Shown here one piece after another: positions 38,570 to 51,360 of a stretch of 64,000 nucleotides of DNA. Source of the stretch: Octopus vulgaris (lineage: Eukaryota); contig OX597817.1 in NCBI GenBank assembly GCA_951406725.2, positions 18,724,001 through 18,788,000 of the forward strand, in the 5' to 3' direction. The position numbers and the translations under genes were made by a program. The first letter of the stretch is position 1, and every line of letters begins with the position of its first letter. The notes beneath the pieces are model-generated. The model was given only the letters and a program-made list of their open reading frames with translations, had not been told where the DNA came from and searched no databases.

Positions 38570-40480
38570 TACACTGAACCCTGATATTATGGTGGGTGAT
38601 TTTATGCCATACAGATCGATCTAGGCAATGACTTATCCTTATACCTAAGGCAGGTCTTCCGTTACCGCAATATCCCTCCACTTGTTGGTCAAACAAAACA
38701 ATTTTTGGAATGTAGTCGTCTTTCAACTAGCATTTCCTACTCATCTGCACTGAATCCTTAGCACCATGCTTTGGATACTGGAGATATCACATTTTTCTAA
38801 GATCTTCACATTTGATATCCTGTCTTGCCATTTTATTTTACAGATATTGCGCAGTCAGCATATGGGAAAAGTTTTAAGTTTCTTTATATGTCTGTAGTAG
38901 GGAGTCTATGCTTCTGCCCCATACAGAAATATGCTCAAAATACAGGATTTGTATACACTTATTTTGGTTTTCAGACTGACACCTTGTTCATCCCACAAAC
39001 GATGGGTAAGTTTTGCAAAGGTATTTGCAGCCTTAGACATTCTAACAGTGATTTCGTCATCAGGAGTACTCTTAAAGTTTACTATACTTCTTCCTGAATT
39101 CCCTGAAACGTATGATAAATCAGAGTGCAATCATTAGTAAACAGAAAGTCGCTTAGAATCTCTTCCTTGGTCCTTTTCTTTGATCTGAAACTTTGCCCTT
39201 TCAGGTTTAGTAGACTTTCTGTATGAAACTGTTTTTACACCTTTAAGGTAATGCCTGCAATCATGTTGGAACATTATTGAAAAGAATATGGAAAACAGTA
39301 CTGGGGTTAAAACACAGCCCTATTTGGTCGCAGTGGCAGCATAAAACATCTCTGAGCATTGGCTACTAGATATCACTGTTGTCATCATCTGTTTATGCAG
39401 GCATACTATTACCCTTATCCTTTTATCAGGCAGACCATCTTTTGACACTTTCCTGAGCGCGTCACGATCCACTGCATGCTTTCCTATTATTCTTGACTAC
39501 ACTGTAAGTTTGTTACCTATTCTGGAAATTTAAAATTGCCCATCAATATGATTTACTAACTAGAAAGGGTTTGAACTGGTCAGCCTGTAATGATATGCAT
39601 AAGATCTGGTCATCATATCTAAGTAGAGATTTCAAACTTAAAATCTTCAAAGCCACAGTCGAACCAATTCTACTATATGGCTCAGAAACATTGGGCGTTA
39701 TCAAAGAAGCTTGAGAGGCGGTTGGATGGAACTTACACTCGCCTCCTTATGAGAGCTCAAAATATCTTGTGGAAGCGTCATCCAACCAAAGTACAAATAT
39801 ATGGGAAATTACCACCTGTATCATCTCTTATGAAAGGTAGAAGAGTCCGGTTTGCTGGACATTGTTGTAGAGCTGAAAACGAGGTAATTTCTACTCTTCT
39901 TCTCTGGAAGCCATCTGCTCGCGACACCAGAGGGCACACACTTTCCTACCCTGATGTAATCTCCAGGGATACAGGCATCCAGCAACAAGATCTCATTAAT
40001 GCTATAATCGACCGTGATGTCTGGCGAAACATAGTAAATTCCATTGCCTCGACCACGGTCGAATAATGATGATGATTTTATCATGATATGGAATTTTACT
40101 GACAACTGTTTGCAGTTTGGAGTAGATGTTGGGTTCCTGTTTGCATGCTGATACGTACTGATAATGTGCAAGGTTAGGGTTTACTATCGGGTACGGAACG
40201 GTGAGACGTCCTTGAACAGCTTGAGGGATTGATGGTAATTTCCGAAATACCATACATTTTTGGTTCATCTGCCGGCTTTCCACTCCAAAAAATGTATAAC
40301 TATTTCCAACTTCTTCCTATTTAACAGGCTTGCGGACACTGAATAATCAATATTATATGAGTCCAGTACCTTCGGAAGTATTTCTGCTTTTCCTTCTAGG
40401 CAAGTTTTTGCTGTCTTGTAAAGTTCTTACATTCTTTTATTCCTCATCTTTATTTCGACAATATACGGGACGGCTAGACA
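38570..40480 (-). mobile_element. Decayed RTE-clade LINE (APE + RT C-terminal remnants), interrupted by the 39555-40075 insertion
   Basis: DDEITVRMSKAANTFAKL..LKTKISVYKSCILSIFLYGAEA. The APE remnant YSKLQTVVSKIPYHDKI resumes as IILMGNF across the insertion. Confidence 0.75.
39555..40075 (+). mobile_element. 5'-truncated RTE-group LINE 3' end with a (TGA)n tail
   Basis: KIFKATVEPILLYGSETW..RRVRFAGHC..DRDVWRNIV; tail TAATGATGATGA; ATGATTT on both sides. Confidence 0.8.
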
Positions 40481-40561
40481 TCTGCAGTTAATGCAAATCT
40501 TATTGAAGGCAACACATTTATACATCACAGAGGTACAAATGTGGAGGAGCAAAATGCGACA

Positions 40562-41150
40562 TGTAAGCGTTGAAACTTTGTTTATATTTATCTAGAGTTA
40601 CAGTATGATCATAATAAAAGTACAGTTAGGCTTAAACGCTTTGATATACATCTCCACTCGGGACGACGTGAAGACAATACATCATTAATTCACAGGAACA
40701 TCAAGATTTGAAAGGAGGAATTACAACAGTGTTTCGTGGACTGCTACCACAACGGCTCCTTTATAGGATCCAGTTAGCTCAAGACATCATCAGGAGGAAC
40801 CACGTCCGGTTTCGGCCCCTACTCCTCTACCGTTTTGACGTGGCGTGGCCCCCTTTTCGGAGGTGTCTTCAGCTCTGGTGTTGGGTGCATGTCTTCTTTC
40901 TTCTTCTTTCTTCTGTTCCCTGGCGTCTTCGATGTATCGTCAGCGAGTGTCAGCCGGTGACTGACTGTCTTGTGAGATTTTCCCTTTAAATACCTGCCGC
41001 ATAGGCTCCAGCAGGCAGCCCCAGCAAGTTGTCACGTGACACTGTCTCACCTTAACTGACTAGTGAAGGCGCGTAGTTTAAGCCCGCGCTTTTTCTAAAC
41101 GACCGTCACCTGACAGGCAGTCCCAGCAAGTTGTCACGTGAAACTATACA
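40562..41150 (-). mobile_element. Possible LTR-like segment with a 28-bp internal direct repeat
   Basis: TG...CA ends, TATTTAAA on minus, and CAGGCAG(C/T)CCCAGCAAGTTGTCACGTGA twice (~41012, ~41114). No TSD found. Confidence 0.3.
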
Positions 41151-43002
41151 ATATCAGAGTAAACACGCATTTGCGCAATCATTGAACTTAACTCTTGAAT
41201 CCTTTTCCAAATCTTTCAGGTGTGCGCTATTGTACCCATTTCTCTGCCCCTACTTCCATCTCGCTGCGTTATCAAATGGTTGTGTCCAAAGACTATCCTT
41301 CGTTGAGCCGATGAGTATTGGTGATCAGTCCAATTTTCTAGTTGCTTGTTTTCTTACCAAAGACGTGTAGTTGCGTATTGTCATGGGGACTGTAAATCGT
41401 TTTCAAATTCTTGACAAAGTATTTTTAAGTGTCTCAAAGTACTGCTCGCTCTTCTTGATACCCCGTGTTGCAAAACATCATTGATAACACAGCACAGTCG
41501 TCATCCCAATAGACAACCACAATGATTTCCTTGCCTCTCGATGTTCATAGGTCTTGGAGACGACATTGTGTAAACTGACCCTATTTCATTTCCCACTCAT
41601 AAAAAATTGGTCACGTTTTATACCATCTCACCGGATCAAAAACCGTTTGCAGCAGTTCAGAGTAAACTTTCACCTTTTCTCCTTGAAATCATGTGTCAAT
41701 CGCCGAGGTGAAACTTCGCACACATTTCCCGATACTCAGATTCTTTCATCGAAAATCTTCTGTGTTTCAGTATGACCACAATCCAGTTTGTGCAATCACA
41801 TGTTTTGATTCGTCTGTCTGTGCAAATCAATTCGCCCATTCCTTAGCGAATCCTGTCAGTAGTCTCAGTTGGCGTCTTCCTTTCTGGTTTCTCCTTCTTT
41901 AAACTCTCTCTGCATCTCACTGTGCATATTACTCTTGTCAATGGTGTCATCAATGTAAGCATGTTGCTTCTTGTAGATACAGACAGCCTTAACAGCACCC
42001 GCACCAATTCAATCGTTACTTGCAATGAAGAATAGAAAGAACTCTTACTATAGAGAAAGAGTTACTCCACTGACGTGTAATTTGAATGACCTATGAAAGT
42101 TAATTTGCATTACTTTTCATACAACACTCGTATTAAGAGATATATTATCATTTTAATTTCTGCTACTTTAAATACTTTCTTGTATGATATGTATTTTATG
42201 AAGTATTTTCATACAAATACACATGTACTAAAGAAAATTAAGACTACATAATGAACTCCGAGCAAAATTATTGAACTCCATTCAATCAATAAATCAATTG
42301 ATCTGTCAATCAGGCTATCAATTAATTTATAATTTCCTCAATCACTCTGATATCATCATAATCGGATAACTGCTCAAATAGTCAATCATTTAGTCAGTGA
42401 CTGACTCAAGCAGTCTCCTTCCTCCAACAGTAATAACATTAAATATTATCTAACTAAAGAGACCAGTTATTTTGTATATTCAGTAATAGTATAAATATTT
42501 TAATACACAAAAGAAAGCCACTCCAAGTGCTGGTTCACAGAGCTAGATATCTTTCAAATCATATTGATTCTTACTTGTAAGGGTTCGTGATAATATTTAA
42601 GTCACCTCCTATCCTAATTTAACGAAATGAAAGCCATCGTTAAAGCTAGTATGTGGTCGGTTCTATAGACTGAAAAGGAAACAGAACGGTTACTTAAGTT
42701 CCATATATAATGCTCTTGTTAAGGTGCCAAAGAATATGGTACTTTTGATCTTCAGTACAAGAACCAATTCGATCAATTTTTAGCAAATATATACGTAACT
42801 ACAATTTATTTGCCTATATAATAAATAGTTACTAAAGAAAAGGAAAGAAAATATAAGGTGTAAATTATGAGGTTTACATGGAAAAGGTGCTTAAAAGAAA
42901 TGTGTAACACGCACACAAAATCAAATATTCATATACATAAAACCACACATTTAGATCTATGTTTACAAAGAAAAGGTAGAAAGTGACTTCGAAATTTCGT
43001 TC

Positions 43003-43049
43003 GTGAGTCTCTCTGTTGAAGACAATGTGTGCCGAATATTCGAACTCAC
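43003..43049 (+). ncRNA. Decayed hammerhead-like motif
   Basis: GTGAGT..CTGTTGA-AGAC-AATGTGT-GCC-GAAT..ACTCAC; the flanks pair but the core is mutated. Confidence 0.25.
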
Positions 43050-43442
43050 TGTCTAAATTTTCATTGCGAAAGTAAATGTAATATCCTATTTAAATTCACC
43101 GAGCGATAGTTTAATTAATGTTTGTATGTTACCATATACAAACCTTAGATAAATAAGCACGTACACATAGTCGCATCACTCACACAAACACGAGCAAACG
43201 TGTGCACACACACACGCACACAGACACTTACGCACACACACACACACGTATAACTAGTTTTACATGCTACAAGTTCTGAAACTTAGCTGGAAAATATAAT
43301 CGATTTTACAGATTCCAGTAAATTTATTGATCGAGCCCTATTGTAAAGATCTTGGGAATATATAACAGTGGAATTCGACGTAGGGCCACTTTAGAATCAA
43401 TATGCAAATGGATTACATATCCACCCACCACATATATATATA

Positions 43443-44100
43443 CAGGAATTGGACAAAATAATTGGAACACGTGTTAAAGTAAATGGATATATATTAAATA
43501 TGGAGTTGGCCCTCCTTTAGCTTTCTGAACAGCTTCGATGCATCTAGGAATTTATTGATATAGCTTCCTGACTTCATTGAGAGGAATCTTGATCCATTCT
43601 TCTTGCAAAACCTGCTCCAGCTGTTGCAGGCACGATGGTGGAGGGTAACGACTTCTAACTTGTCGCTCTAAGATACACCACAGATGCTCAATAATATTAA
43701 GACCTGCAGATTAAGGGGTGGGCACTCCATGTATTGCAGCTCACGACTATGCTCCTCTTACCAATTCTTAACCACATAAGAAGATGCACTCAACATCGGG
43801 GGATAATGTCCGGGTCATGAGAAAGACTTGATTTCCAAAATATTCAGATAATCATTGCTGTTGATCCTACTGTGAAGGGAAATGATTAGACCAAGAGAAT
43901 TCCAAGAAATTGCTGCTCAAACCAGCACAGTCCCTGCTCCATGCTTCACTGTAGGAAGAAGTCAGTCAGGATTAAAAGCTTCCCCGGCTTGCCTCCACAC
44001 ATAAACTCGTCCAGCAGTGGGGAAAAGAGGACAAGTGAACTCGTCGGAGTATATTACTAGCTTCCATTGGTCTATTGACCTACGATTTATTGCTTTTGAT
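43443..44100 (-). mobile_element. Tc1-like transposon 3' remnant
   Basis: TA-CAGGAATTGGACAAAATAATTGGAACA terminus. Translation gives YSDEF, PTVKHGAGTV, LNIIEHLW..EEWIKIP..IPRCIEAVQKAKGGPTPY. Confidence 0.8.
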
Positions 44101-44435
44101 AACATGTTTGATTTCCTTTTTATCTGTCATCAAATCAAGCACCCCAGAAACCAACTCCTTATTTTCCTTGTTCTTGTATTTTGTACCCATCCCTCCTAAA
44201 ATATGTTATATACTGTGTTTAAAAGTTACCCACATACATCCAAATTGAATTATTGACCTTTTTCAACTAATTCACATATACATAAAGGAGGAAAATTCTT
44301 AACAGCGCACTGTTCATTACAAATGCGTGGAGGTGATAAAGGTGCTCAATAAATAGTATTTATCCACATTCTGAGTTCTTACTCCTTTTATTAATAACAC
44401 ATCTGTACGCCACTCAAAAGTATATATATATATAT

Positions 44436-44634
44436 TTTTACTTGTTTCAGTCATTTGACTGCGGCCATGCTGGAGCACCGCCTTTAATCAAGCAACTCGA
44501 CCCCAGGACTTATTCTTTTGTAAGACCAGTACTTATTCTATCGGTCACTTTTGCCGAACCGCTAAGTAACGTGGACATAAACACACCAGCATCAGTTGTC
44601 AACCAAAGCTAGGGGGACAAACACAGACACACAA

Positions 44635-44673
<39 letters not shown>

Positions 44674-44834
44674 CGACGGTCTTCTTTCAGTTTCTGTCTA
44701 CCAAATCGACTCACAAGGCTTTGGTCGGCCCGAGGCTATAGTAGAAGACACTTGCTCAAGGTGCCACGCAGTGGGACTGAACCCGGAACCATGTGGTTGG
44801 TAAACAAGCTACTTACCACACAGTCACTCCTACG

Positions 44835-44837
<3 letters not shown>
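44436..44837 (-). mobile_element. tRNA-derived SINE, main family
   Basis: Aligns to the other copies. Confidence 0.9.
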
Positions 44838-44872
<35 letters not shown>

Positions 44873-44876
<4 letters not shown>

Positions 44877-46546
44877 CGTGAGGAAAAATGTAAGCAACGT
44901 TTTCAACCATAAAGAATTTGTACCGGATTTTTGTAGAGTTTTGAATTTTTTTTACACATTTCTTTAAAATTGTCTCATAATACAACAGATATAGACTTGC
45001 GCAAATGCATCAATAACTTAACATTGCTATTTTTTCGCCGTTGTTAAAATCATCTGAAAAGGAACTTTCAAAGCGCGATATTCGAACAATTTTGCTATTT
45101 TTAAACTTCAAAAAAACGACATAAAGCAGCTGAAACTGCTCGCGATATCAACGAAACGTTTGGCGAGGCAATGACCAGTGCGTGGTCAGCTCGAAAAAGG
45201 CTTACACGAATTAGCAGTGGATACCTGAGCCGTGAAGATCGTGAACATCTGCCATCGATGACGGTCAATTAAAGGGCGTCATTGAGAAAGACCCACGTAA
45301 AACACCACTCGAGAACTCAAGTTGGCTAGAAAACTGCCTGCAACCATTTGCCTGCAATCGAAAATCGAAAAGAGTCGGCAAATGTGTACCACACGATTTG
45401 AATGAAAATCAGAAAATGCGGAAATATGAAACCTGCTCGTCGCTTCTTCTCCGTAACCAGATCGATCTATTTCTTGATCGTATTGTAACTTGGCATAAAA
45501 AGTGGATTCTGTACAATAATAGAAAAAAAAAAACTTTCTTTACAGGAGTGGCTGTGTGGTAAGTAGCTTGCTTACCAACCACATGGTTCCGGGTTCAGTC
45601 CCACTGCGTGGCACCATGGGCAAGTGTCTTCTACTATAGCCTCGGGCTGACCAAAGCCTTGTGAGTGGATTTGGTAGACGGAAACTGAAAGAAGCCCGTC
45701 GTATATATGTATATATATATATATATATGTGTGTGTGCGTGTGTGTTTGTGTGTCTGTGTTGTCCCCCTAGTATTGCTTGACAACCGATGCTGGTGTGTT
45801 TATGTCCCCGTCACTTAGCGGTTCGGCAAAACAGCCCAATAGGATAAGTACTGAGCTTACAAAGAATAAGTCCCGGGGTCGAGTTGCTCGATTAAAGGTG
45901 GTGCTCCAGCATGGCCGCAGTTAAATGACTGAAGCAAGTAAAAGAGTAAAAGAGTAAAGAGTTTACAGTGGTTGGGACTAAATGAAGCACCAAAAATCTT
46001 CCCTAAGCCCGAACTCTTCAAACAGAAGGTTATGGTGACCTGTTTTGTCGTGTACTGCTGGACTCATCCGCTATAATTTCGTAAAACCTGAAAAAGCATT
46101 ATTGCAGAAACATATTGCCATGAAATTGCCAAAATGAACGAAAACCTGCTAGCCCTCCGTCCCAGACTGGTCAAAAGATGAGAACCAATGATTCTTGATG
46201 ACAATGCTCGACCACACGTTTCACTAATGACGCTCCAGAAGTTGAGGGAACTTGGCTCTGAATCTCTTTCCCACCCAGCTTATTCCCCAGGCCGTCTCCT
46301 ACTGACTACCACTTTTTCAAGCACCTTGATGATTTCCTGTTAGAGAAGAATTTCAAAAATCAAAACGATGCTGAAAGTGCGTTCAAAGAATTCATCGGAT
46401 CCGGAATAAACAAACTTGTAACTCGTAATAAACTTGTAAAATCTGTTGATTGTAATGGCACTTACTTTGATGAATAAAATTTCGCATTCTCGAAAGATAA
46501 TTTGATGAATTTCACGTTCCAAAACGTTGCTTACTTCATACTCAGC

Positions 46547-46550
<4 letters not shown>
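44873..46550 (+). mobile_element. Decayed full-length mariner transposon with a nested SINE
   Basis: Imperfect TIRs (..GTAAGCAACGTTTT / AAAACGTTGCTTAC..) in (TA)n; remnants CVPHDL, FLDRIVT..WILYNN, DDNARPH, HPAYSP, PTDYHFF. Confidence 0.85.
45545..45961 (+). mobile_element. tRNA-derived SINE, main family, inserted in the mariner transposase
   Basis: Complete body and tail; TTTACAG on both sides is a probable TSD. Confidence 0.9.
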
Positions 46551-46600
<50 letters not shown>

Positions 46601-46662
46601 TGTATGTGTGTCTGCGTGGATGCGTGTGTGTGAGTATGTATATAAGTATGTATGTATGTATG

Positions 46663-46720
<58 letters not shown>

Positions 46721-46924
46721 AATATATATATATATATATATTATATATAAGGGCTTAGTAAAATAAATTACTTTGCCACATACTGAACTCATTAGAAATA
46801 GCAGCTAAAGAAATTTCTTCAACTATTTCTAATACTTAAAGAAGATCTCTCTCAGATAGTGTTTGCCTAAACTAACTCACAAAAGTATGGGGGAAAAAAC
46901 ATTAAAAAATCAAGTGCAAAGGTT

Positions 46925-46983
46925 ATTTGAGAACGTACGTTTCTAGATTAGTCAATTCGACATTTCTTTCTTCAGCTCAGAAT
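46925..46983 (-). ncRNA. Type-I hammerhead ribozyme (copy 1)
   Basis: Reverse complement of the 47929-47987 motif. Confidence 0.75.
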
Positions 46984-47490
46984 TCCTTGAATCGGATTTG
47001 GGAACACTGAAAGTCGGGAGCATACCCTTTCGGCTTCTAATCACCTCTAGAATTCTGCTCGAACTAAAAGTGCTTATCAAATTCGAATATGCAAGCGAAG
47101 AATTTCTGCTCTCCCCTTTCCACCAGCGTGGGTTAAAGTTGACAAACACCAAGTATTAACGGTGAAAACCGCAGCATTTAGCAATTTAACAGAGAGAGAT
47201 GAATTATAATTTCAACAATTGAGGGTAAAATTAATTAATTATTAATCAATTTCACCAAGTATTCAGTATGTAAAGGGACCATTATAGGCGAATTCAAAAT
47301 ATTACATTATATATAAGGGCTTAGTAAAATAATTTACTTTGCCACATACTGAACTCATTAGAAATAGCAGCTAAAGAAATTTCTTCAACTATTTCTAATA
47401 CTTAAAGAAGATCTCTCTCAGATAGTGTTTGCCTAAACTAACTCACAAAAGTATGGGGGAAAAAACATTAAAAAATCAAGTGCAAAGGTT

Positions 47491-47549
47491 ATTTGAGAAC
47501 GTACGTTTCTAGATTAGTCAATTCGACATTTCTTTCTTCAGCTCAGAAT
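47491..47549 (-). ncRNA. Type-I hammerhead ribozyme (copy 2)
   Basis: Reverse complement of the 47929-47987 motif. Confidence 0.75.
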
Positions 47550-47928
47550 TCCTTGAATCGGATTTGGGAACACTGAAAGTCGGGAGCATACCCTTTCGGC
47601 TTCTAATCACCTCTAGAATTCTGCTCGAACTAAAAGTGCTATCAAATTCGAATATGCAAGCGAAGAATTTCTGCTTACCCTCAATTACCCTCAATTGTTG
47701 AAATTATAATTCATCTCTCTCTGTTAAATTGCTAAATGCTGCGGTTTTCACCGTTAATACTTGGTGTTTGTCAACTTTAACCCACGCTGGTGGAAAGGGG
47801 AGAGCAGAAATTCTTCGCTTGCATATTCGAATTTGATAGCACTTTTAGTTCGAGCAGAATTCTAGAGGTGATTAGAAGCCGAAAGGGTATGCTCCCGACT
47901 TTCAGTGTTCCCAAATCCGATTCAAGGA

Positions 47929-47987
47929 ATTCTGAGCTGAAGAAAGAAATGTCGAATTGACTAATCTAGAAACGTACGTTCTCAAAT
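47929..47987 (+). ncRNA. Type-I hammerhead ribozyme (copy 3)
   Basis: TGAG-CTGAAGA-AAGAAATGTCGAATTGACTAATCTA-GAAA-CGTACG-TT-CTCA: canonical core, stem II (AGA/TCT, GTC/GAC), palindromic ACGTACGT stem III, GUU site. Confidence 0.75.
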
Positions 47988-48297
47988 AACCTTTGCACTT
48001 GATTTTTTAATGTTTTTTCCCCATACTTTTGTGAGTTAGTTTAGGCAAACACTATCTGAGAGAGATCTTCTTTAAGTATTAGAAATAGTTGAAGAAATTT
48101 CTTTAGCTGCTATTTCTAATGAGTTCAGTATGTGGCAAAGTAATTTATTTTACTAAGCCCTTATATATAATGTAATATTTTGAATTCACCTATAATGGTC
48201 CCTTTACATACTGAATACTTGGTGAAATTGATTAATAATTAATTAATTTTACCCTCAATTGTTGAAAATATATATATATATATATACATATATATTA

Positions 48298-48690
48298 CTT
48301 TTTGTAATTATGAGATAATTATAATTAGGGTTCAGCATAAAATTTTTGCTTTGCCACATCACATACCGAATGTTTTAGTAATAGCAGCAGCCAAAGAACT
48401 TGGTTATTTCTTCTACTATAAGAAAAATCTCCCAGACAACGTATACTCAAAAACAATTCACGTAGGAATAGAGGAAAAAATAACGAAAATTCACTCGACA
48501 TAGTGAATTTTCTTTATTTTTCCCTCTATGCCTACGTGAATTGCTTTTGAGTATACGTTGTCTGGGAGATTCTTTTTATAGTAGAAGAAATAGCTAAGTT
48601 CTTTGGCTGCTATTTCTAAATGTTCGGTATGTGGCAAAGCAAATATTTTGCTGAACCTTAATTATAATTATACTTATAATTATAAAAAGT
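48298..48690. repeat. ~195-bp-arm fold-back, a diverged relative of the 566-bp unit
   Basis: Centre GAAAATTCACT-CGACAT-AGTGAATTTTC; shares TTTGCCACAT..AATAGCAGC.AAAGAA with the 566-bp unit. Confidence 0.85.
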
Positions 48691-48824
48691 TCTGTTTAAG
48701 TTTACCATAAATGGTCCTTTTAATATGCTGACCACTACTTGGTGTAATAATTAATTACTAATTAATTAATTAATCTTACCCTTTATTATCATTGATATAT
48801 ATGTATATATGTATGTATACATAC

Positions 48825-48925
<101 letters not shown>

Positions 48926-48930
48926 CATAC

Positions 48931-48995
<65 letters not shown>

Positions 48996-49974
48996 TATAA
49001 TCAGAAAACGGAGAAAACCTCATATTAACAAACACATCGATTAACTTATTTTTTAATACCACACATGACATAACAAATCGGTGACGCAACGGATTACGGC
49101 CGTTGCGAAAATGCTGTCTATAAATAAGTGCGAGAATAAAGTTCTTCATCTTCATAGGACATTCGAATTAAGGCACGGAACTTCATCAGAGTAAAAAATA
49201 AGAGTATACAATATAAACAAAGGGAAGAAGGAAAAGGAGAGAAAACATGGCCTAGAAAAAATCTAGAAGACCAATATGTTAAAAGCATATAATCTACCAA
49301 CTAGGGGCTCCGTGGTCCGTAGGTAAAAGAGTGAGCTGTTAATTGTCTAGGGAATACTACAATTTATTACTCAATGCCCGAGGATAACATAGGAAACGTA
49401 TACCGGTAGTATATACGAATATCCTATCCCTTAGTCGGTTATTATAACGCTAACTCTGTTTACACGATATATATACACGCACACACATATATATTATCAG
49501 GTCACTATAAAGTACTACGGTTGCGTGTAACCCAGAACAACCTGTTGCGCGGTCGGGTTGTCGGTGACTAAACTGACAATCTCACAAGCCAGTTTTGTTG
49601 ACGAGGTTGCTTAGTGGACAATGTGTTGCATAAAAGCAGGACTCATAAAATTGCGAATAGATTCAATGAAAGTCAACGGATATTCATTGAATTCAGTGTA
49701 GTTTCTTGTGTCTGAGAAACCCTGTTTTAGAACGCACTGCTTACCCTTTCACTCTGGCTCTTGGAATGCGCTAGAAAAGCTGCACTAAACTCTGCTTTTC
49801 CCCTTATGCTAGTTAGTTTACTGCAACTGGCGGCAATTCATCAAATTCAGGAAGGAACAAAGATTTAACGCTAGACTTTATTCTGAAGGTAAAATGATAT
49901 TTCCAACATCTGCTGTTGGAATACAAGATCGCTTCTAAATCATGCGAATTATCCTGAATGTCTGACTGAACTTG

Positions 49975-51360
49975 TGGTTAAATACCTGCAACGTTTCACC
50001 GTATATGCAATAACGCTTTAAGAAACCTCGTCTTTCTGGTGAAGATCATTTGACAGAAGCTTCATTTGGGTTCAAAATATTTGGAGTTGGAAAACTAAGG
50101 TGTAATAAAGGAAGCGGAGGAGTTGGATTTGTTGTGAAAACGAAAGGATAGGAAATTTTAGTGTAGCTGTATAGTATAAATGATCAAATAGAGAACTTCG
50201 GAATTGCTCTAGCATGTTATTAAGTATTTTTATTCTGTGTATGCATCAACTCTTCAGGTAAATGAGAATGCAATCTATCTACAAGTCATTCCCAAATATC
50301 AATTCTGTTACACCTTCCTTGGAATATTACCTTATGATTCTGGGAGAGTTTAATGCTCGTACTGGCGGGCGATTTCAGATTAGGGGTTCGTTTGGCCGTC
50401 ATGGCATTGATCACGAGAATAGTAACTGATTGCATTACAACTTTGCTCTGAAATTAATTCAAACATTTTAAACACTTTTGCTAGGCATAAAATAACATGG
50501 ACAAATCCATAATCAAGGCAAGGTCACGTTATTGATTTTATTCTTACTCGAAATTCTGATTTGCAAGAGGTCTGTAATCTATGTGTTTACGTGGCATAGA
50601 TTGTGTTAGTGATCAGAAACGAATACGGCTTAATTCAAATTTCGGGTTCGGGAGAGAATTTTCATGAACAGTGGAAAAGTACCAAAGCGAATTGATCTTG
50701 ATAAATTAACTCTATCAAATATATTGGAACTTGTTCAAAGCAACTTCAATGATATTAGTTTTGATAGAACTTGGAAGAATTTCAAGGATCAGATTTGGGC
50801 AGCACTATCTTCGGAATCAACAGAAAGATACATAGAGAATGGTTTGACAACAATAAGAAAGAAATATGCCAGCTGATGGGAGAAACAATCTATTCACAGG
50901 ATTTCATTTGATCTAAGTGCAAAGAATATAAAGTATGTATGACTCCTATAAGTCACAGAGAACAGAGCTGTAGCGAAATTTTAATAGATTAAACATACTT
51001 AGTGGTCACAAATATTGGATGTCCAAAATGTACTCCACAGAAAGGATTCAAATGCTTTATATGGTCTCCTTAAACATGTATTTGGCCTTCTATCATCGTT
51101 TGTAGTCTCTTTACAATCGGAAGATGGACAAACACCCTTTAAAGACACAACCAAACATAGTAAACCGATGGAAAAATCACTTTTCGAATCTGTTCATCAA
51201 AATACCTGAGGTTTACACGGAAATAATTAATGGATTACAAGGGAGACAAACTGAAACCACATGGATAACATAGCTGAAAATGGGGGGGGGGGCTTCTGTT
51301 AGCAATAATTCAGTTAGATTCTGGTAACGCCCCAGGCCTAGGTGGAATTCACCTGTAATA
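49975..51360 (+). mobile_element. Heavily decayed RTE-clade LINE (AP endonuclease region)
   Basis: Remnants GVGFVVK, LGEFNART, KITWT, GHVIDFILTR with many stops. Confidence 0.65.

Larger units (their letters stand above)
46741..48268. mobile_element. Non-coding 566-bp HHR-bearing unit: ~1.65 tandem copies plus ~1.03 inverted copy (retrozyme-like or PLE-dependent element)
   Basis: Period 46741 to 47307; the second copy ends at 47675; the inverted copy spans ~47685-48268; (TA)n on both flanks. Confidence 0.85.

Noticed and set aside
41180-42000. Possible Copia-like integrase remnant
   Set aside because: Only a vague resemblance in manual translation, with no intact motif.
47125-47190. Possible opposite-polarity hammerhead in the 566-bp unit (TTGACAA..ACC/GGT-GAAA), which would make the unit viroid-like
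   Set aside because: I could not build a valid stem I together with a UH cleavage site: either stem I is only a 3-nt linker or U16.1 is missing.
46741-47675. CRISPR-like or satellite array
   Set aside because: There is no repeat-spacer pattern and fewer than two tandem units; it is better explained as an HHR-bearing retroelement.
49078-49190. GCAACGG/CCGTTGC hairpin followed by GAAA, and a nearby CTGATGA on minus
   Set aside because: The cores or stems are incomplete, so they cannot be supported as ribozymes.
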